From positions 13,958,172-14,022,171 of the forward strand of contig JARDVH010000110.1 in assembly GCA_030324005.1 (NCBI GenBank): a stretch of 64,000 nucleotides of DNA, written 5' to 3'. Both the position numbers and the translations under genes were made by a program. The notes beneath the pieces are model-generated. The model worked only from the letters and a program-made list of their open reading frames with translations. It was not told where the DNA came from and made no database searches. Below, in pieces: positions 1-13,813 of the stretch. Source of the stretch: Negaprion brevirostris (taxonomy: Eukaryota). Each line of letters begins with the position of its first letter. Position 1 is the first letter of the stretch.

Positions 1-569
1 GATACATCACTGATTTCAGACCATTGAGTATGACTGAGTTCTGACTGTCTCTCATTTGAATGTTAAGGCTGGAATTTCTTTGCTCTACTGCACTGATTTA
101 CCTGTGTCAAGTGCTGGGAGGAAAGTATATTCCTGGTAATGAAGTCAGATAAACCCCCCGTGAAAGAATGAAAAAAAAGGTTGAGATAGTGACGAAGGGA
201 GTCACAGTAAAACCAGCGTAGTTGGCTGTGTTATTGGAACATGAAATGCGCCGGAAAACTCTCATAGAGCAAAGCATCAAAAGCAAATTCAGCTGAAGCA
301 TATGAACTCTTGTATTTAAGAGATGTCATGGACTGCGACCCTGGCAGTTACTGAGAAGGATATGTGGTGGTACCCTCAAGCACATCTGGTACACCATCTG
401 AGATTGCAGGGATTCTGAGGGGACACCTCATGAGCTTGGCAAATGGAGGACCAAGTGCATGGGACAGTCCTCTGGTTCCCACCTACCATTTGATCTCAGA
501 AGCCTAAACATTTCCTATTTCTAATTGGGATTTACTACCCCTTCCATAAACAAATTTTATCCCTTCACC

Positions 570-940
570 ACCACGAACAGTAGCAGCAATGTGTACCATC
601 TACAAGATGCAGTGCAGGAGCTTAGACAGCTTTCAAATCCATGACCACCACCACCTAAAAGGACAAGGAGAGCAGATATCCGAGGAAAACCAACACCTGG
701 ATGTTCCCCTCCAAGCCACTCGTCATCCTGACTTGGAATTATATTGCTGTTCCATCACTGTCACTGGGTCAGAATCTGGGAACTCCCTTCTTAACAGCGC
801 TGTGGGTATATCTACACCTCAGGGACTGCAGTGGTCCAAGAAGGCTGGTCACCACCAGCTTTACAAGGACAACTAGGGATGGGCAATAAATGCTGGTCTA
901 GTCAGTGATGCCCACATCCCATAAATAAATTAAAAAAGCA
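570..940 (+). mobile_element. 3' end of a CR1/L2-group non-LTR retrotransposon
   Basis: ORF2 C-terminal-like peptide (HHHEQ*QQ / CTIYKMQC / VTGSESGNSL) and 3' UTR GGGCAATAAATGCTGGTCTAG..CCCACATCCCAT..AAAAAA. Related tails occur at ~24050-24195 and ~39960-40050. Confidence 0.7.
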
Positions 941-1939
941 TTGCAATAGGCATTAAGTGAACCATTCTACATGAATTACTCAATACAAAGTGAAGTACTC
1001 GATGAGTTCCAAGTGTTTTAAAAAAAATGAATGGAATTTATTGGATTTTGGATGGAATAATTTCTGGGACTCAATGACCATAGAGTGGTCTCTATGGGAT
1101 TCAATCAGTAAAATGTGAGTTAGTGTATGGGGTGTAATGAGGACAAATTAGCAGACTTAATGGACAAGATCTTACAGGTGGCAGAATTTCCCACCCCAAC
1201 ACTGAAAATGTCACCGTAAAACCCCGCTCCAATCCGGTGGGCTGCACAGTAGCCAGTTATCGCTGGGAGTTAAATGTCATAAGATGGCCTTTTCCTCCAC
1301 TAAGAGAGGAAGTCCTGCCTCCGGGTGCTGTTGGCTGGCAGCTCGCTGGCTCCAATAGTGCCACTGACTGCTTCTCGGACTGCATGCAGCCAGTCCCAAA
1401 GAAGAAGAAAAGGTTTGAGGTGAATGACAGGTAAATCGTTTGAGGAGTGGGATGGGGGGTGCAATTTCATTTGGGTCAGGATAGGATGCCCCAGAAAGGT
1501 GGGTGCGCAAGGGAGATGGTGGGTAGGGGCTCTGGTGCAGAGGCCAGGAGGGGGAGTGAAACCAGGGAGTAAGAGGGAGGGCTGAGGATGGGGAGGGGCG
1601 TGGATCCATTTGCAAAAGGAAGATGTGACTGAGGCACCACCCTTTTTTCCCAACCAAAGTCCAAACCAGTTTATCTTCTGGGCTTCCCATCCATCACTAA
1701 TCTCCATCCGCTTGATGAAAAGTTACAGCTGGACTGGAAGTGGTCTTTAAGTGGCCATTAATTGGCTATTTAAGGGCCACAACTGGTGTGAGGGCAGGCA
1801 AGCCACCCGGGCTTCATTCATTACCTATTTAGTTGTGACCAATCAGGGGTGGGTGGTTAGGTGGTGGGAAAGGCACCCACTGAATCTTATGGGCCTCTCT
1901 GCCCGCAAGCCCGGCAACACTTCAGCGGTCGCAGGCATT

Positions 1940-2046
1940 TGGCCTCTTTGGGTAAACGTTCTCCAAGGCGGTCTTCATGATACACGACAGTGCACAGTCG
2001 CTGAGCAGAGACTGATAGCCAAGTTCCGCACACATAAGGACAGCCT
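1940..2046 (+). mobile_element. Penelope-like element, GIY-YIG endonuclease C-terminal fragment running into a gap
   Basis: Peptide VNVLQGGLHDTRQCTVAEQRLIAKFRTHKDS resembles the PLE GIY-YIG C-terminus (..LQG....R...EQ.LI..F.T...GLN). Confidence 0.7.
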
Positions 2047-4311
2047 NNNNNNNNNNNNNNNNNNNNNNNNNNNNNNNNNNNNNNNNNNNNNNNNNNNNNN
2101 NNNNNNNNNNNNNNNNNNNNNNNNNNNNNNNNNNNNNNNNNNNNNNNNNNNNNNNNNNNNNNNNNNNNNNNNNNNNNNNNNNNNNNNNNNNNNNNNNNNN
2201 NNNNNNNNNNNNNNNNNNNNNNNNNNNNNNNNNNNNNNNNNNNNNNNNNNNNNNNNNNNNNNNNNNNNNNNNNNNNNNNNNNNNNNNNNNNNNNNNNNNN
2301 NNNNNNNNNNNNNNNNNNNNNNNNNNNNNNNNNNNNNNNNNNNNNNNNNNNNNNNNNNNNNNNNNNNNNNNNNNNNNNNNNNNNNNNNNNNNNNNNNNNN
2401 NNNNNNNNNNNNNNNNNNNNNNNNNNNNNNNNNNNNNNNNNNNNNNGGAATAAGTTACACTATGGGACCTTCTGGGTTCAGTGTGAGTTACTCTACATTC
2501 TGGAATTTCCTTCCTTGTCTCCTGTGGATCTCTTCCTTTGTCCTTCTTCCCTGTGAGGCCTTCATTAAAACCGAATGGCAGATTTTTAGTCCGATCCTCC
2601 TACCGTCTCCTCCTTTGGCTTTACTTCAAACCTGCTCTGATTATTCCCAGCAGCTTCGGGGAGAGGTATTGTTTCTGTGAGCAAGGTGCCATGCAAATGC
2701 AAGGCGATCATCAGCTCCTGTGAGGATTCAGAAATGAGGCTGTCACCTTCAGAATGGGAAGTTTGGTTCCTGGTTCGCTAACTGATTATATCTGCTGCTA
2801 CAGCTGTACTGTCGCTATGTGACAGTGTGGAGCAGTATTAAATCATTCCCCTTGAAAATGTAACATTGGTCATTAATCAAGGAGGGTTATCGTTGTGATC
2901 AGTATGATGCACTAAGTCAATGTCTCCGTGACCTTTTCATGAACAGTCAGAAACGGGCTCGAGATTTCCCCTGTGACTCAGCATTGTGGTCCAGCACTGA
3001 TTAGTAGCCAGACCAGCACCTCTTAATCAATGACCTGTCACAGGATGCTGCTGGGTACATTGTAAAAAAAAAAGTAGCTTCTCTTGAGACTATTTTCCAT
3101 CCGTTGTTTTATACCGAGAGAAGCAAATGAAGGACTCTAGTCTGCTAATAGGATCCAAACCGGATGGCGAATGAAGCCAGTACAGCTTGTCCCTACAGAG
3201 AGAGCTTATTGACTTGTTCAATCTTACAGCTCCCGTCCCACACGCCCAGTATCCCTGCTCTGCCCTGCATATATGCTCTGTCAAAGAACACCATGAATCA
3301 ATAAAATAATAAATTGACAGGGGTGACTGCCCCAAGAGAGCATTATCCTTGCCAAAGGAAGGAAACCAAAGTGTTACTCACAGGGCTAATGATGCACGTT
3401 AGCCCCCAATTAAACAAACTTAACGGGTGATGATGTGTGCTCCCCTAAGCTCCCCCACCAACACCACCACCACCACCAGGCACCGGTTAAAACGAAACAT
3501 TAAAGGAAGCTTAACTAATTAAATTAAGATGTCATTATCTGGGGTGGTGTTGCATTCACGTACCCACCAGGCAGGGAAGGCTTGAAATGTATCTATGGAC
3601 ACTCGCTGCTCTGTCTCCAAGGCTACCCGGCCACAAACATAGACACAGTAGATGGAGGGCCGAAAGAATCAGATGATCTCCTCCGCCACCTGGTGCCATT
3701 CTGAATGCTCAATTTGAATAACACAAAAATAAATTGGTAAATTAAACAGAAGTGAGAGGGGGTGACAGCCCAGTAACTAAAACAAAATTGTGAAAACTAA
3801 ACCAAAATGTCAGCACCGGGAGTGATGACGCATCCCAGGCCCCATGGCACCCACCAAACATGGAAGGTGTGGACCGTGCTACTGGATACTGTAGGATACC
3901 ACTCCAAGGCCACCTGTCCACCAATGTAACTGTGGCAGAGGGGCAGATTGTCGGGTCGGACAACCTCTTTGACTGCCTGGCGCCATTATTTATTATCTTG
4001 CTGCAGCTTGAATTCTGAGCTGGAGGTGGATTTTGCAGTTTGAGATATGAAGCAAGACCAATCCCGGTTCAGATAGTTCTGCTGCCAGATGACTGGGAGG
4101 TAGGATTTTCAATGTTCAAAGACAATTACTACCCATCCCTGTATGTCTTTTCCTCAGCGATGTAATTGACATTAGTAGGTTTGATCGAGGTAGGTAAGGA
4201 AATGCACTGTTTTTATGTTAGGGAAAGATTGAGTTAATACAGAAGAGGGTTCTTAGAAGGAAGAAGGGTCTGGAATAGTGTATACTTAGAATGAACAAGT
4301 AAAGAAATCAT

Positions 4312-4609
4312 CATAATATCCCTGCAATGCAGGAGGAGGCCATCGAGCCTGCACTGACAATAATCCCACTCAGGGCCTATCCCTGTAACCCAACGTATTT
4401 ACCCTGTTTGTCCCCCGAGAATTTACTCTAGCCAATCCACTTTACCTGCACATCTTGGGGATGTGAGAGCAAATAGGAGCAACCAAAGGAAAGCCACATC
4501 AACACGGGGAGAACATGCAAACTCCACACAGTCACCCGAGTCTGGATGTGAACCTGGGTCCCTGGCGCTGTGAGGCAGTAGTGCTAACCACTGTGTCACC
4601 ATGCCACCC
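4312..4609 (-). mobile_element. HE1 (V-SINE) copy
   Basis: tRNA-derived head GGGTGGCATGGTGACACAGTGGTTAGCACTACTGCCTCACAGCGCCAGGGACCCAGGTTCA, V-like body and HER1-like tail. Confidence 0.85.
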
Positions 4610-5029
4610 AAAGTTTGGAAAACATTAGTACCAATGAAGCACGAAGAAGAAAGGTGAAAACTGTGTGGTACAGTTGAGCCTTGTTATGGGAAATGTATTA
4701 ATTCATGGCAAAGCTGTTCTTCAAATACTTCTCCAAAATTTAAGGCCTAGTCAGTGCATTTGTGACTGGTTGGCATCATGTAATAAACAAAGATTTATGA
4801 TCAGCATTTTGATGGAAACGCTGAATCATTCTTAGCTACAACATACGGAGATAACCAAGCATGATAAATTTTCCGCCCTGTTACATCTGAGGAATGTTGA
4901 GTCCCAGACACAGTAAAGAGAAAAAGGAGCTGAAAGCATATTATTTCATGGTGGCACCTTTCCTTTGCCGAGGATTTCTGTACTTTACCTGCTGATTTAA
5001 CACAAATGGGCCTTGTCTGATGTGTGAGG

Positions 5030-5485
5030 AACATTTGAGGTCTTCAGGTCTGTACTTGATGGAGTTTAGAAGAATTGGGGGGGTGGTGGCGAGATCTCAT
5101 TGAAACTTACAGAATATTGAAAGCCCTGGGTAGAGTGGACATGGGAGAGTTGTTTCCATTAGTAGGAGAGACTAGGATCCAAGGGCATAGCCTCAGAGTA
5201 AAGGGATGAGCCTTTAGAATTGAGATGAGGAGGAATTTCTTCAGTCAGAGGGTGGTGAATCTATTTCTATCTATGTGGAATTCATTGCCACAGAAAGCTG
5301 TGTAGGCCACGTCATTGAGTGTATTTAAGACAGCGATAGGTTCTTTATTGGTAAATGGATCAAAGGTTATGGGGAAAAGGCAGGAGAATGTGTTGAGAAA
5401 CTTATCAGCCACAATTGAATGGCAGAGCAGCCTTGATGGACCGAATTGTCCAATTCTGTTCCTATATGTTATGGTCTTATGGTCT
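5030..5485 (+). mobile_element. HER1/CR1 LINE 3' fragment
   Basis: Typical CR1 ORF2 end (GDLIETYRIL..RNFFSQRVVNL..WNSLP) and 3' UTR. Confidence 0.85.
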
Positions 5486-8349
5486 GTTGTTGATATCTAA
5501 TGTTATAGTGGGGATGAATGGTAGCAGAAGACATTCTGAGCCTTCTGCCTCACTTTCCAAATGTGTGGCCTTGATATATCCCACCAAGTGAGCAGTTCCA
5601 AAGGAAACTGGAAGTGGCTCTAGCACTGGGAGCCATTCTCAGACCAGTGACAATTGTGAGAATCGCGAGGGGAAGCCAACAGTTGCCTTCATGTGAATTA
5701 AGGCAATTTATATTTTAGATACTCTCAACATTGTCATTCCTCCCTTCACCCCAATGATATTTAGACCTTGGAGTCCTGGGAACCACTGTTCTTGAAATGG
5801 TCAGTTTGGTAACGATATAGCACCCAACATGAGAGATCGCTGTGTGAATAAACAACAGCTGCTTGTGACCTGGGTGACACGGATAGTTTTAAGTAGTTAA
5901 CGTACACCACGCAGGCATCAGGTTATCTAAGAGTGACAATTCTCATATTACAGGGATTGTTTCTGAAATTGTCATCAGGATATGAATCTGGCATCATGGA
6001 TCAGTTGACCTTTGCAGAAAATAATCAATTTTCACTAGAATTTAAATCAATAAAAATGAATATCAGATGGTTTCCATACTGACCAACCGAACTCTAATTG
6101 CATATTCATTCCCTGGGGGCAAGTTCACAATCTACCATACAATATAATCAAAGTCATTGGGATACCATGGCAAAGTTTAACGTTTTAGTTTGCAGTTCAC
6201 TTCCTGGTATGTATCAGCATTGTTTTGTCAAGCTATGCAATGCTACAATTAATTTTTTTGTTTATGGTCAGTATTTATATTTTTTATTCCTAGCTTTCTC
6301 CTTCTTTTGTTCCGCAGTAGCTAGGCTCCTGTTGCATTTTAGTAGCTTATGTGTGCATGTGCGAGGTGAGGCAGTGAGGGTGAGTCTGCTATTTAACTTC
6401 TGAGGGCTTCATTGATGAACACTGTTTAATATTAGTTTGGGAACACAGGAAGCTGTATCATGCAGCAAGGCCTAAGAATTGGACCTGACACTTCCTGATC
6501 TGCATCATATGGTCTTACACTGGATTACACATCATACCTTTAAGGCTATATCACATATTTGACATTCTAATTCTTAGTGATGGCTCCTATTCTTTGTGTG
6601 GTAGGTAATGTTCAGTAAATGTTATTGAATGTGAACAGGTATAATTAAGCTGAGATTCAACAAGTTTTGTGAGATATAAGTTTATAAAACTGAAGGTGGT
6701 CATTTAGCCCATCATGTCAGTGCTAACCTTTGCTATACTAATCCACACCTAATCTCACTGCCCGCTTTCTCTCCCACAGTCTTTCTTCCTCCTTTTGATT
6801 TCAATGATTTTTCCAATCTTCCCTTAAAAGGGAAGAGATCTCAGCATTAAACATTCGCCCGCGAAGCATTCCAATGCTATGTAAAGACCTTCTATGTAAA
6901 GACCTATTCTATGTAGGTCTATGTAAAGACCTTCTCCAACCTTCTTCCTCATTCTCTTTATAACTATTATTTCACTCAATGATACTGGTCTCTGAATCAG
7001 ATGATTGTACATTCAACTTCCAATATCAAAGGCATCATTCAGACTGACTCTCCAATGCAGTACTGAGGGACAGTTGCACTGTCAGAGGTGCCAATATTTG
7101 ATGAGACCTGAAACTGAGCCCCCTGCTGCTCTCCCAGGTGGATATGAGGACAGTTTGAGGACTCTGGATTTGTACTCAATGGATAAGGGGGGAATCTCAC
7201 TGAACCTTACGGAATACTGAAAGATCTGGGTACAGTAAACGTGAGAAAGGTGTTTCCGTTAGAAGGCGAGACTAGGATCTGTGGGCAAAAACGCATCACT
7301 AAATGATCTTCTTTGCCTTCCTGGAGCCATGTAAATGGCCCTCAATGCAAACGATTCAACTGACAGGATGTTGCTTATCGATAATACACTCATCCATCAT
7401 CTCGGCGCTCAGGTATTACGCTTGACTGAAGGCTGAAGTAGCTCCATAAATCTAGGCCAGCAGTGTTCCTCATCACTGGCATTATTTCTGAGGTACTAAA
7501 TTACTACAGAGAACAAGTTGTTTTTTTTTTTCCTGTCAGAAATATGTTGGTTTTATTTTACTTGAACTCTAGTCCAGAAATTGGTCTGAGATGAATGCTG
7601 TAGTTTTTATTTCTCCAGCTCCTCCCTTAATGTGTGCAGTGAGGCAGGATTTTCAGGCTGATTCATAGTCTGACTGCTTGTAACTTGAACCGCTCCCCCC
7701 TTTATGGCACTGTCTATCTTTGTACCAGCCATTAGGATGGCTGGTCAAATAGAGCTGGGATCTTCATGGTTTCTTACAACTCAAGATGATAAAGGAAGCA
7801 CCCACCAAATCCACCTAAGCTAAGTATCCCATTGGGTGCCAATCCTAAATTCAGTGGTCAGAACTGTCTAGAGTGGGATTTGAACCCTGAACCTTCTGAC
7901 CCTGGGGAGGAATATCACCATTGAGCCAATGGCTCATTTCAAAAGAGATGGTGAAATGACAATTTTTAACCTCGAGGAACTAAATGATCCTGCTTCTTAG
8001 TTCTAAGGTGTTCACCTACATATTGGGTTCTGCAGTACTAAAAGAAAATGATTGAAGAACAATCTACTTCCTCTGTATGAATCTGTGGATCAATATTAAT
8101 AAAGGAGCTGAGTATGAATGTGCAACATTACTCTGGGCAGAAATTTAAACTGGCTGGTTGGCTCAAAATCCTCTTTCAAGGCGCAATAAATACCNNNNNN
8201 NNNNNNNNNNNNNNNNNNNNNNNNNNNNNNNNNNNNNNNNNNNNNNNNNNNNNNNNNNNNNNNNNNNNNNNNNNNNNNNNNNNNNNNNNNNNNNCAAGGC
8301 GCAATAAATACCAATGGGAGGAAAAACTTAAAGCAGCACTTATGTGGTA

Positions 8350-8900
8350 GAACTTGCATTTATATAGCACCTTGTTTTATCACCAATGCAGAACTTTTGA
8401 AGCGCTGCCAACATTATAATATGGGAAGGGGAAGGAGTTGGTTGAACAGCTGGTTTGTGATCTTGAGCGACGCCAACAGCTTGGGTTCAATTCCTGTACT
8501 AGTGGAGGTTATTCATGAAGGACCCACCTTCTCAACCTTGCCCCTCAGCTGAGGTGTGGTGACCCTTGGGTCCAAATCACCACCAGTCATCTTATGGTCA
8601 TTTGGGACTATGGCAACTTTACCTTTATAGGAAAGGGAGCACCAATTTCACATAGCAATTGCATAATGACAGGATAATATGTCTTTGTGATGTTGGTTGA
8701 GGGATAAGTGTTGATCAGCATATTGAGAGAATGCTCCAGTTCCTCTTTCAGTAGTGCCCTGGGATCTTTTACATCCACTTTGGCTTAACATATTTTCTAA
8801 AGAGCAGGACCTCCAGCAATAGGCAAATCCCTCAGGGCTGCTCTGGAATGACAGCCGAGATATTATTTGCAGGTCTCTTGTGCAGGACTTGAACTCATAA
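8350..8900 (-). mobile_element. Deu-domain SINE (SacSINE1/AmnSINE1-like) with a nested tRNA-derived SINE at ~8435-8625 (+)
   Basis: Deu-like motifs GTGATGTTGGTTGAGGGATAAGTG..CAGTAGTGCCCTGGGATCTTTTACATCCAC. The nested element has a B-box GGGTTCAATTCC. Confidence 0.65.
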
Positions 8901-10559
8901 CTCTCTCACACTTTTCCTGGAGAGGTAGAGGAAGCTTTAGAGGTAGGCGGGCTGGCAAATTCATGCTAGAAGGCAGAAGGTAGGTTGCCCAATGTGCTGG
9001 CACCTGCTTGTGAGCGGGATAGCAGTCATCAAAATTAGGGACACTTCTCAGCGGTAATGGAAGAGGCACCACCATTTTGTCAGGATCACATGGGGCCCCT
9101 GTTGAATCCGCATTCCAGAGGCAGCTATACACTGGGAGGTGGAGGATGTTTTATAGACAATTGAGATTTATATGATGTCAATAGAAAACAACAAGGCCAT
9201 TCCCTTGCCTTCTCTCATGTTTGCCATTGTATGCGGGATTCCTGGACATGGATGTTTCCAAACACCATGGAACTCATGACGTCTCAGCCACTCCCTTGGT
9301 ACTGATGGTGGTTGCTGTGCTTCGTCGCTGGTCCAGGAGCTTGGGCCTCATCAATGCTCCCACAGGTCACACAGTGAGGCCACACCATTCTGAGCTCCTG
9401 CCTCGGTACCCAACCTTCCATTCATCATTGGATGGTAAATGCAAATTGGCCACTGGCAGGCGAGCTACAGGGCTGGGATCTGGAAATATCCTTGACACCA
9501 TTTAGCCCTTTCAGTCCATGTTGTATTCCGAGCGCACAAAATTGCGAATCAAAGGGCTTTGGAAACAAGAAAGAAAATCTCTAAATTACTAACTACTTAT
9601 GGGACTCAGTTAACATCCGGATGGGAAGGCCATCCATGAGACTTCCTATCCAGGACTTAATTTTCTGGAGATGGGAATGTGGCCAGATTCTTACCAACAT
9701 TTTCCAACTTGATTAAGTGCCCCACCTTACTCCAAGCCTGCTGTCAAATGAGGGAGTCATTAAATTCCACCCATTTTTCTTACCTTGCTGGGTATATACA
9801 TCAGATAGGAAAATTATTTTCATCCCCTACACCTCCAGGCACCCCTCCACTCCCGCTCCTCCCCGGAACCCTCTTAGTGGACAGTCTGCCAACACTGAGG
9901 TGGAATATCCAATGTTGGAATCATGGTGGATGTTGGGAGCACATATCAGGAAATCCCTCATTCCTGGTCCATGATATTCTATGGTTGGTGTAGGATTTCC
10001 TGGTATTTACCAGCAGTACTACAGCAGAAACTTTAACAGTGGCACCCACTTGAAGGATCAGCAATTGACCAGAGAATGAGAGGTGCAGCACAAACCACAA
10101 GTTTCGTTCTTAGACATCATGGTCAGTGCAGGCCAAAGGGCTTTGTTTTTCAGTGCTGTAATTTTCTTTGCTCTTTATTGGTAAGGGCTACAGGAGAGAA
10201 GGGCAAAAGTGTCCAGGGAAGGATTACGCAACAGAACAAGCACTGCTCATTTTGTTAACAGTCCATTTTTTAATCTTGTGTGAAAATCAACTCAGAGGGG
10301 AAGGGGAGGGGTGGAGGTTAGGAGATGAGTTGGGGTGAGAATTGATAAACTCCACTATGATGTTGAATGATTACTTTGTCAACTTTTGACCAGATTAACT
10401 GATGACATCCAAAACAAAATTCACTATGTTACCAGAAACTTTCTGAGGGTTGTAGGGTTTCAGTTATGTGAAAGAAGCCATACCCCTGGGTATCTTCTAG
10501 TAATAAAAATGATCATCCGATATTCCAACAGTTACATATCCATGGGCTAATTGAGAAAC

Positions 10560-11760
10560 CAAAAATAATGATGAGGCGCATGATGAGACAAAGATGTTGA
10601 GACCTTACACTAGTAACTGTTTGTGTAATGAGTCAGACATCACACCTCAGAATCTACTTCTATCACCTCAGTGCATGACCTAACATCAAAATATCCAAAT
10701 TATTTTGACAAACTTAGCAGTTTCAAGGGGCCTGCAGCATTACATTGGCAGGAGAATGCAAGTCTGTCTATTGATCTGGTACGTTTTGCACAGTACAAAT
10801 GTGAGCAGCTACAGGAATAAATTGCAAAAGATTCTAAATGTTAGAAACTGTGGAAAACACTCATAGAAGGATGTATTGATTCTATTAATCATGTCTTTGA
10901 ACATGAAACTATTTTTGCCATATTGGTATGAGCTGGACATCTCCTGACAAGTCATTTTTAAAGACATGCAGGTCATCATACATGAGTCTTTGTGATCTGA
11001 TATTCTTCAGATCGCTTATGGCCATAGATTGGATGAGAAGACCTGCAAGAGAGACATTTCAAGACATGCCAAGTCAGCACAAGGCATCACTGATTTCACA
11101 TGAAGTTCCTACTTATCCCTGGTCTAAAATCGCATCCAACCTCTTTCATGTCCATGGCATTGATATCACTGTGATTGTCGCCTACTTAATCCACTACCCT
11201 ATCATTCAACAATTGCACAATACGTCAGCGCAACTGCTGTGCACATCTTCAGTGTTATTTTCAGTTTATTTTGTGTGCCCAAAGGAACCATTATGGATAA
11301 TATGTGCAATTTATTGGTAAACCATTTCAGGATGTGTGAGAGAAGTGGAATGTTGTCCGTACTACTCCTCCTCCTCATTACCCTTGATCTAACAGCCTAG
11401 TTAAACGATTGATCTGCGTGATGAATTCCCTCATTCTCGAATGTAGACAGATGAAGCAAGATCTACATATTGCAATTTTACATCTCAGAGGGTCACCTTT
11501 AGGTGTAACCATTCCATCATTAGTGGAGCTCATGTTTAATAGGCCAATGCACAACACTTTACCTACTCTTATCCATTCTAAAAAAGCAACATTAAAAATG
11601 ACAAGAGATGATGACCACTGTGCATGATGAAAATGTGGGTAAAGAATTGTCAAATTTATCGCTGACAACAGATCCTACAATAGGTCCATGGCACCAACCA
11701 AGAATGACAATCCCATAGGTGACAGTAAGCAATTAAAAAAATCGCTAGACAAGATTACCA
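10560..11760 (+). mobile_element. Highly decayed Gypsy-like pol/integrase fragment
   Basis: Integrase-like peptides HEVPTYPWSKIASNLFHVHG, SSPHYP*SNSL and LHLRGSPLGVTIPSLVELMFNRPMHNTLP, spread over broken frames. Confidence 0.75.
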
Positions 11761-11789
11761 GCAAAATGTGTAAGCATACAGCAGACCTT

Positions 11790-12202
11790 TAGCTTAGTCC
11801 TTTGATACCAGAGATCAGTCACATGGCTCTTCTCTAAGTGTCTTTAGACCTCAATGATTCTCTCATGCCCAGAAACAGCACAATATTCAATAGCTGTGTA
11901 CACTCTGAACACAACTTACATTCTACTTGGCCCTGTCATTCGATCTATTTGTTGCTGCACATAGCGCTGTATGCAGCAAGCGCTGTGTCTACTGCAATCT
12001 CCAAATNNNNNNNNNNNNNNNNNNNNNNNNNNNNNNNNNNNNNNNNNNNNNNNNNNNNNNNNNNNNNNNNNNNNNNNNNNNNNNNNNNNNNNNNNNNNNN
12101 NNNNNNATCTACGGAGGTGGAAAGAGACTCAATCACACTAGTTTGGTTTGGGATTTGCTGGAAATGGAAGTGGATATCAGGCAGTTGAGGAGTCCACATT
12201 GG
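11790..12202 (+). repeat. Left arm of a ~310-bp inverted repeat pair (contains a 100-N gap)
   Basis: Reverse complement of 13814-14122. Near-identical spurious ORFs (MSLDLNDSLMPRNSTIF...) appear on opposite strands. Confidence 0.9.
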
Positions 12203-12328
12203 GACTTTTGAGACTCATTGATTCATCAGTTTGATGTCCTTATGTAATTGTAACTAAACATGAATACGTATTGTAAATAATCATACTTCTTTTCAAGGGG
12301 AAAAGTATCTTTAAAAAGAAAGTTGCAA

Positions 12329-12990
12329 TGTGATCTTAAGGGGTGGCAGTATGACGTCACTGGAAGGGAAACAAGTCCTATGATCTAGTTTTAGTTTCAC
12401 TTTTGCCTTGAGCAAAGTACACACACAGCTCCAATATCTTTAAGCTTTGTACTGAGACATAACTAGACATATTTGAACTATAAAGAGAGGTTGCATAGGC
12501 TTGGGTCGTTTTCTCTGAAGCAAAGTCTGAGGGATTGAGGTATTCAAGATTATGAGGGGCATGAACAGGGTGGATAGGGAGCAGCTCTTCCCCTTAGTTG
12601 AAGGGTCACTTACACAGGACACAAGTTAAAAGTGAGGGGTGGGACATTTGGGAAGGATTTGAGGAAAAAACCTTTTTACTCAGAGAGTGGTGTTGGTCTG
12701 GAATGCATTGCCTGGGAGGGTGGTGGAGGCAGGATGCCTCACATCCTTTAAAAAGTACCTGGATGAGCACTTGGCATGCCATAACATTCAATGCTATGGG
12801 GCCAAGTGTTGACAAGTGGGATTAGGTGGACAGGTCAGAGCCTTTCATGCGTCGGTGCAGACTGGAGGGGCCAAAATACCTCTTCTGCACTGTAACATTC
12901 TGAGACAACTGTTCTCATGTGTCTTGTCTTAATAAATGAGCGCACAGCATGTTTCCTTAACTCTTAACTAATAGGTGTTTTGTGTCTTTG
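12329..12990 (+). mobile_element. Possible 3' LTR of the Gypsy remnant, interrupted by a CR1 fragment (~12510-12900)
   Basis: A purine-rich tract precedes TG at ~12329. The segment has TGACGTCA, TATAAA (~12479) and, after the LINE insert, AATAAA (~12931). Boundaries uncertain. Confidence 0.35.
12510..12900 (+). mobile_element. HER1/CR1 LINE 3' fragment
   Basis: IEVFKIMRGMNRVDREQLFP..FTQRVVLVWNALP and tail CCTTCTGCACTGTAA. Confidence 0.85.
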
Positions 12991-13813
12991 CACTGTATGA
13001 TATAGAGAAACTGGAATTGTTCTCTTGAGAGAAGAGAAAGTTAAATGGAAATTTATTAGAGGAGTTCACGGTGGTGGGGAGTTCAGATAGAGTATCCAGG
13101 GAGAAATAGTTTACACAGGAGGTTTGGTAGTCACAGGTTACAGATTTAAAATAATGAAAATTCTAGAGGAGAGATTAGATGTTTGTTTACTTGATGAGTT
13201 GTTCCTGACCTGGAAAGCACTGTGCTGAAAGGCTGGTAGAAGCAGCCTCAATATTCATTTTCAAAAGGGATTTGGACAGATACATAAAAATGAAAGAATG
13301 GGGAGTGGGTGGAGTACAGGCACAATGGCCTGAGTGACCTCTTTGTGTTTCATATCATTCTATGAAGCCCCCTTTATAGCGACAATATATATTTTTAATG
13401 AGGCAGCAGGTTTTAACAGAGAACAGATTCCTGACTGATACCTTTCTCATTTGGGCTGATGGAGCCCTGATGAAATGCTGGCTCCACATTACCAACCCAA
13501 ATGTGTTTTACGGCAGCACCGAGCCCTGTAATATCTCAAACTATCCTCCTTGCCATCCTTATTTTATCTCACAGTACGTGTACCATAAAAAAGGCATTAT
13601 CTTCAAGCAGTTGGACTGTGCCTCAAGATGAATGATTGCGTAAAGACGTGAACATTCTGTTTTGTGTCTCGGCATTCCCAGACCAAAGATGTAGCAATTT
13701 TCCACCAAATTCCTATTAAGTGCTAGCAGAGCAAAGCTAAAGCAATTGTAGTTGGTGAGTGTTTTTGCATAGGACATTTGCCAACTGCCTGCATCCAAGG
13801 GACTGGGCAGAAT

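Noticed and set aside
1751-2680. Long ORFs containing X runs (309 aa here; others at 15998, 20232, 50725, 54394)
   Set aside because: Their length comes from N gaps; the flanks are repeat fragments.
8177-8312. Direct repeats flanking 100-N gaps (also ~20451-20566, ~30281-30440, ~56201-56312)
   Set aside because: Identical or near-identical sequence on both sides of fixed-length gaps is typical of unmerged contig overlaps, not biology.
8940-9505. Possible Harbinger transposase remnant (…SKHHGTHD…)
   Set aside because: Resemblance to the PGSxHD motif is too weak and other catalytic motifs are not recoverable by eye.
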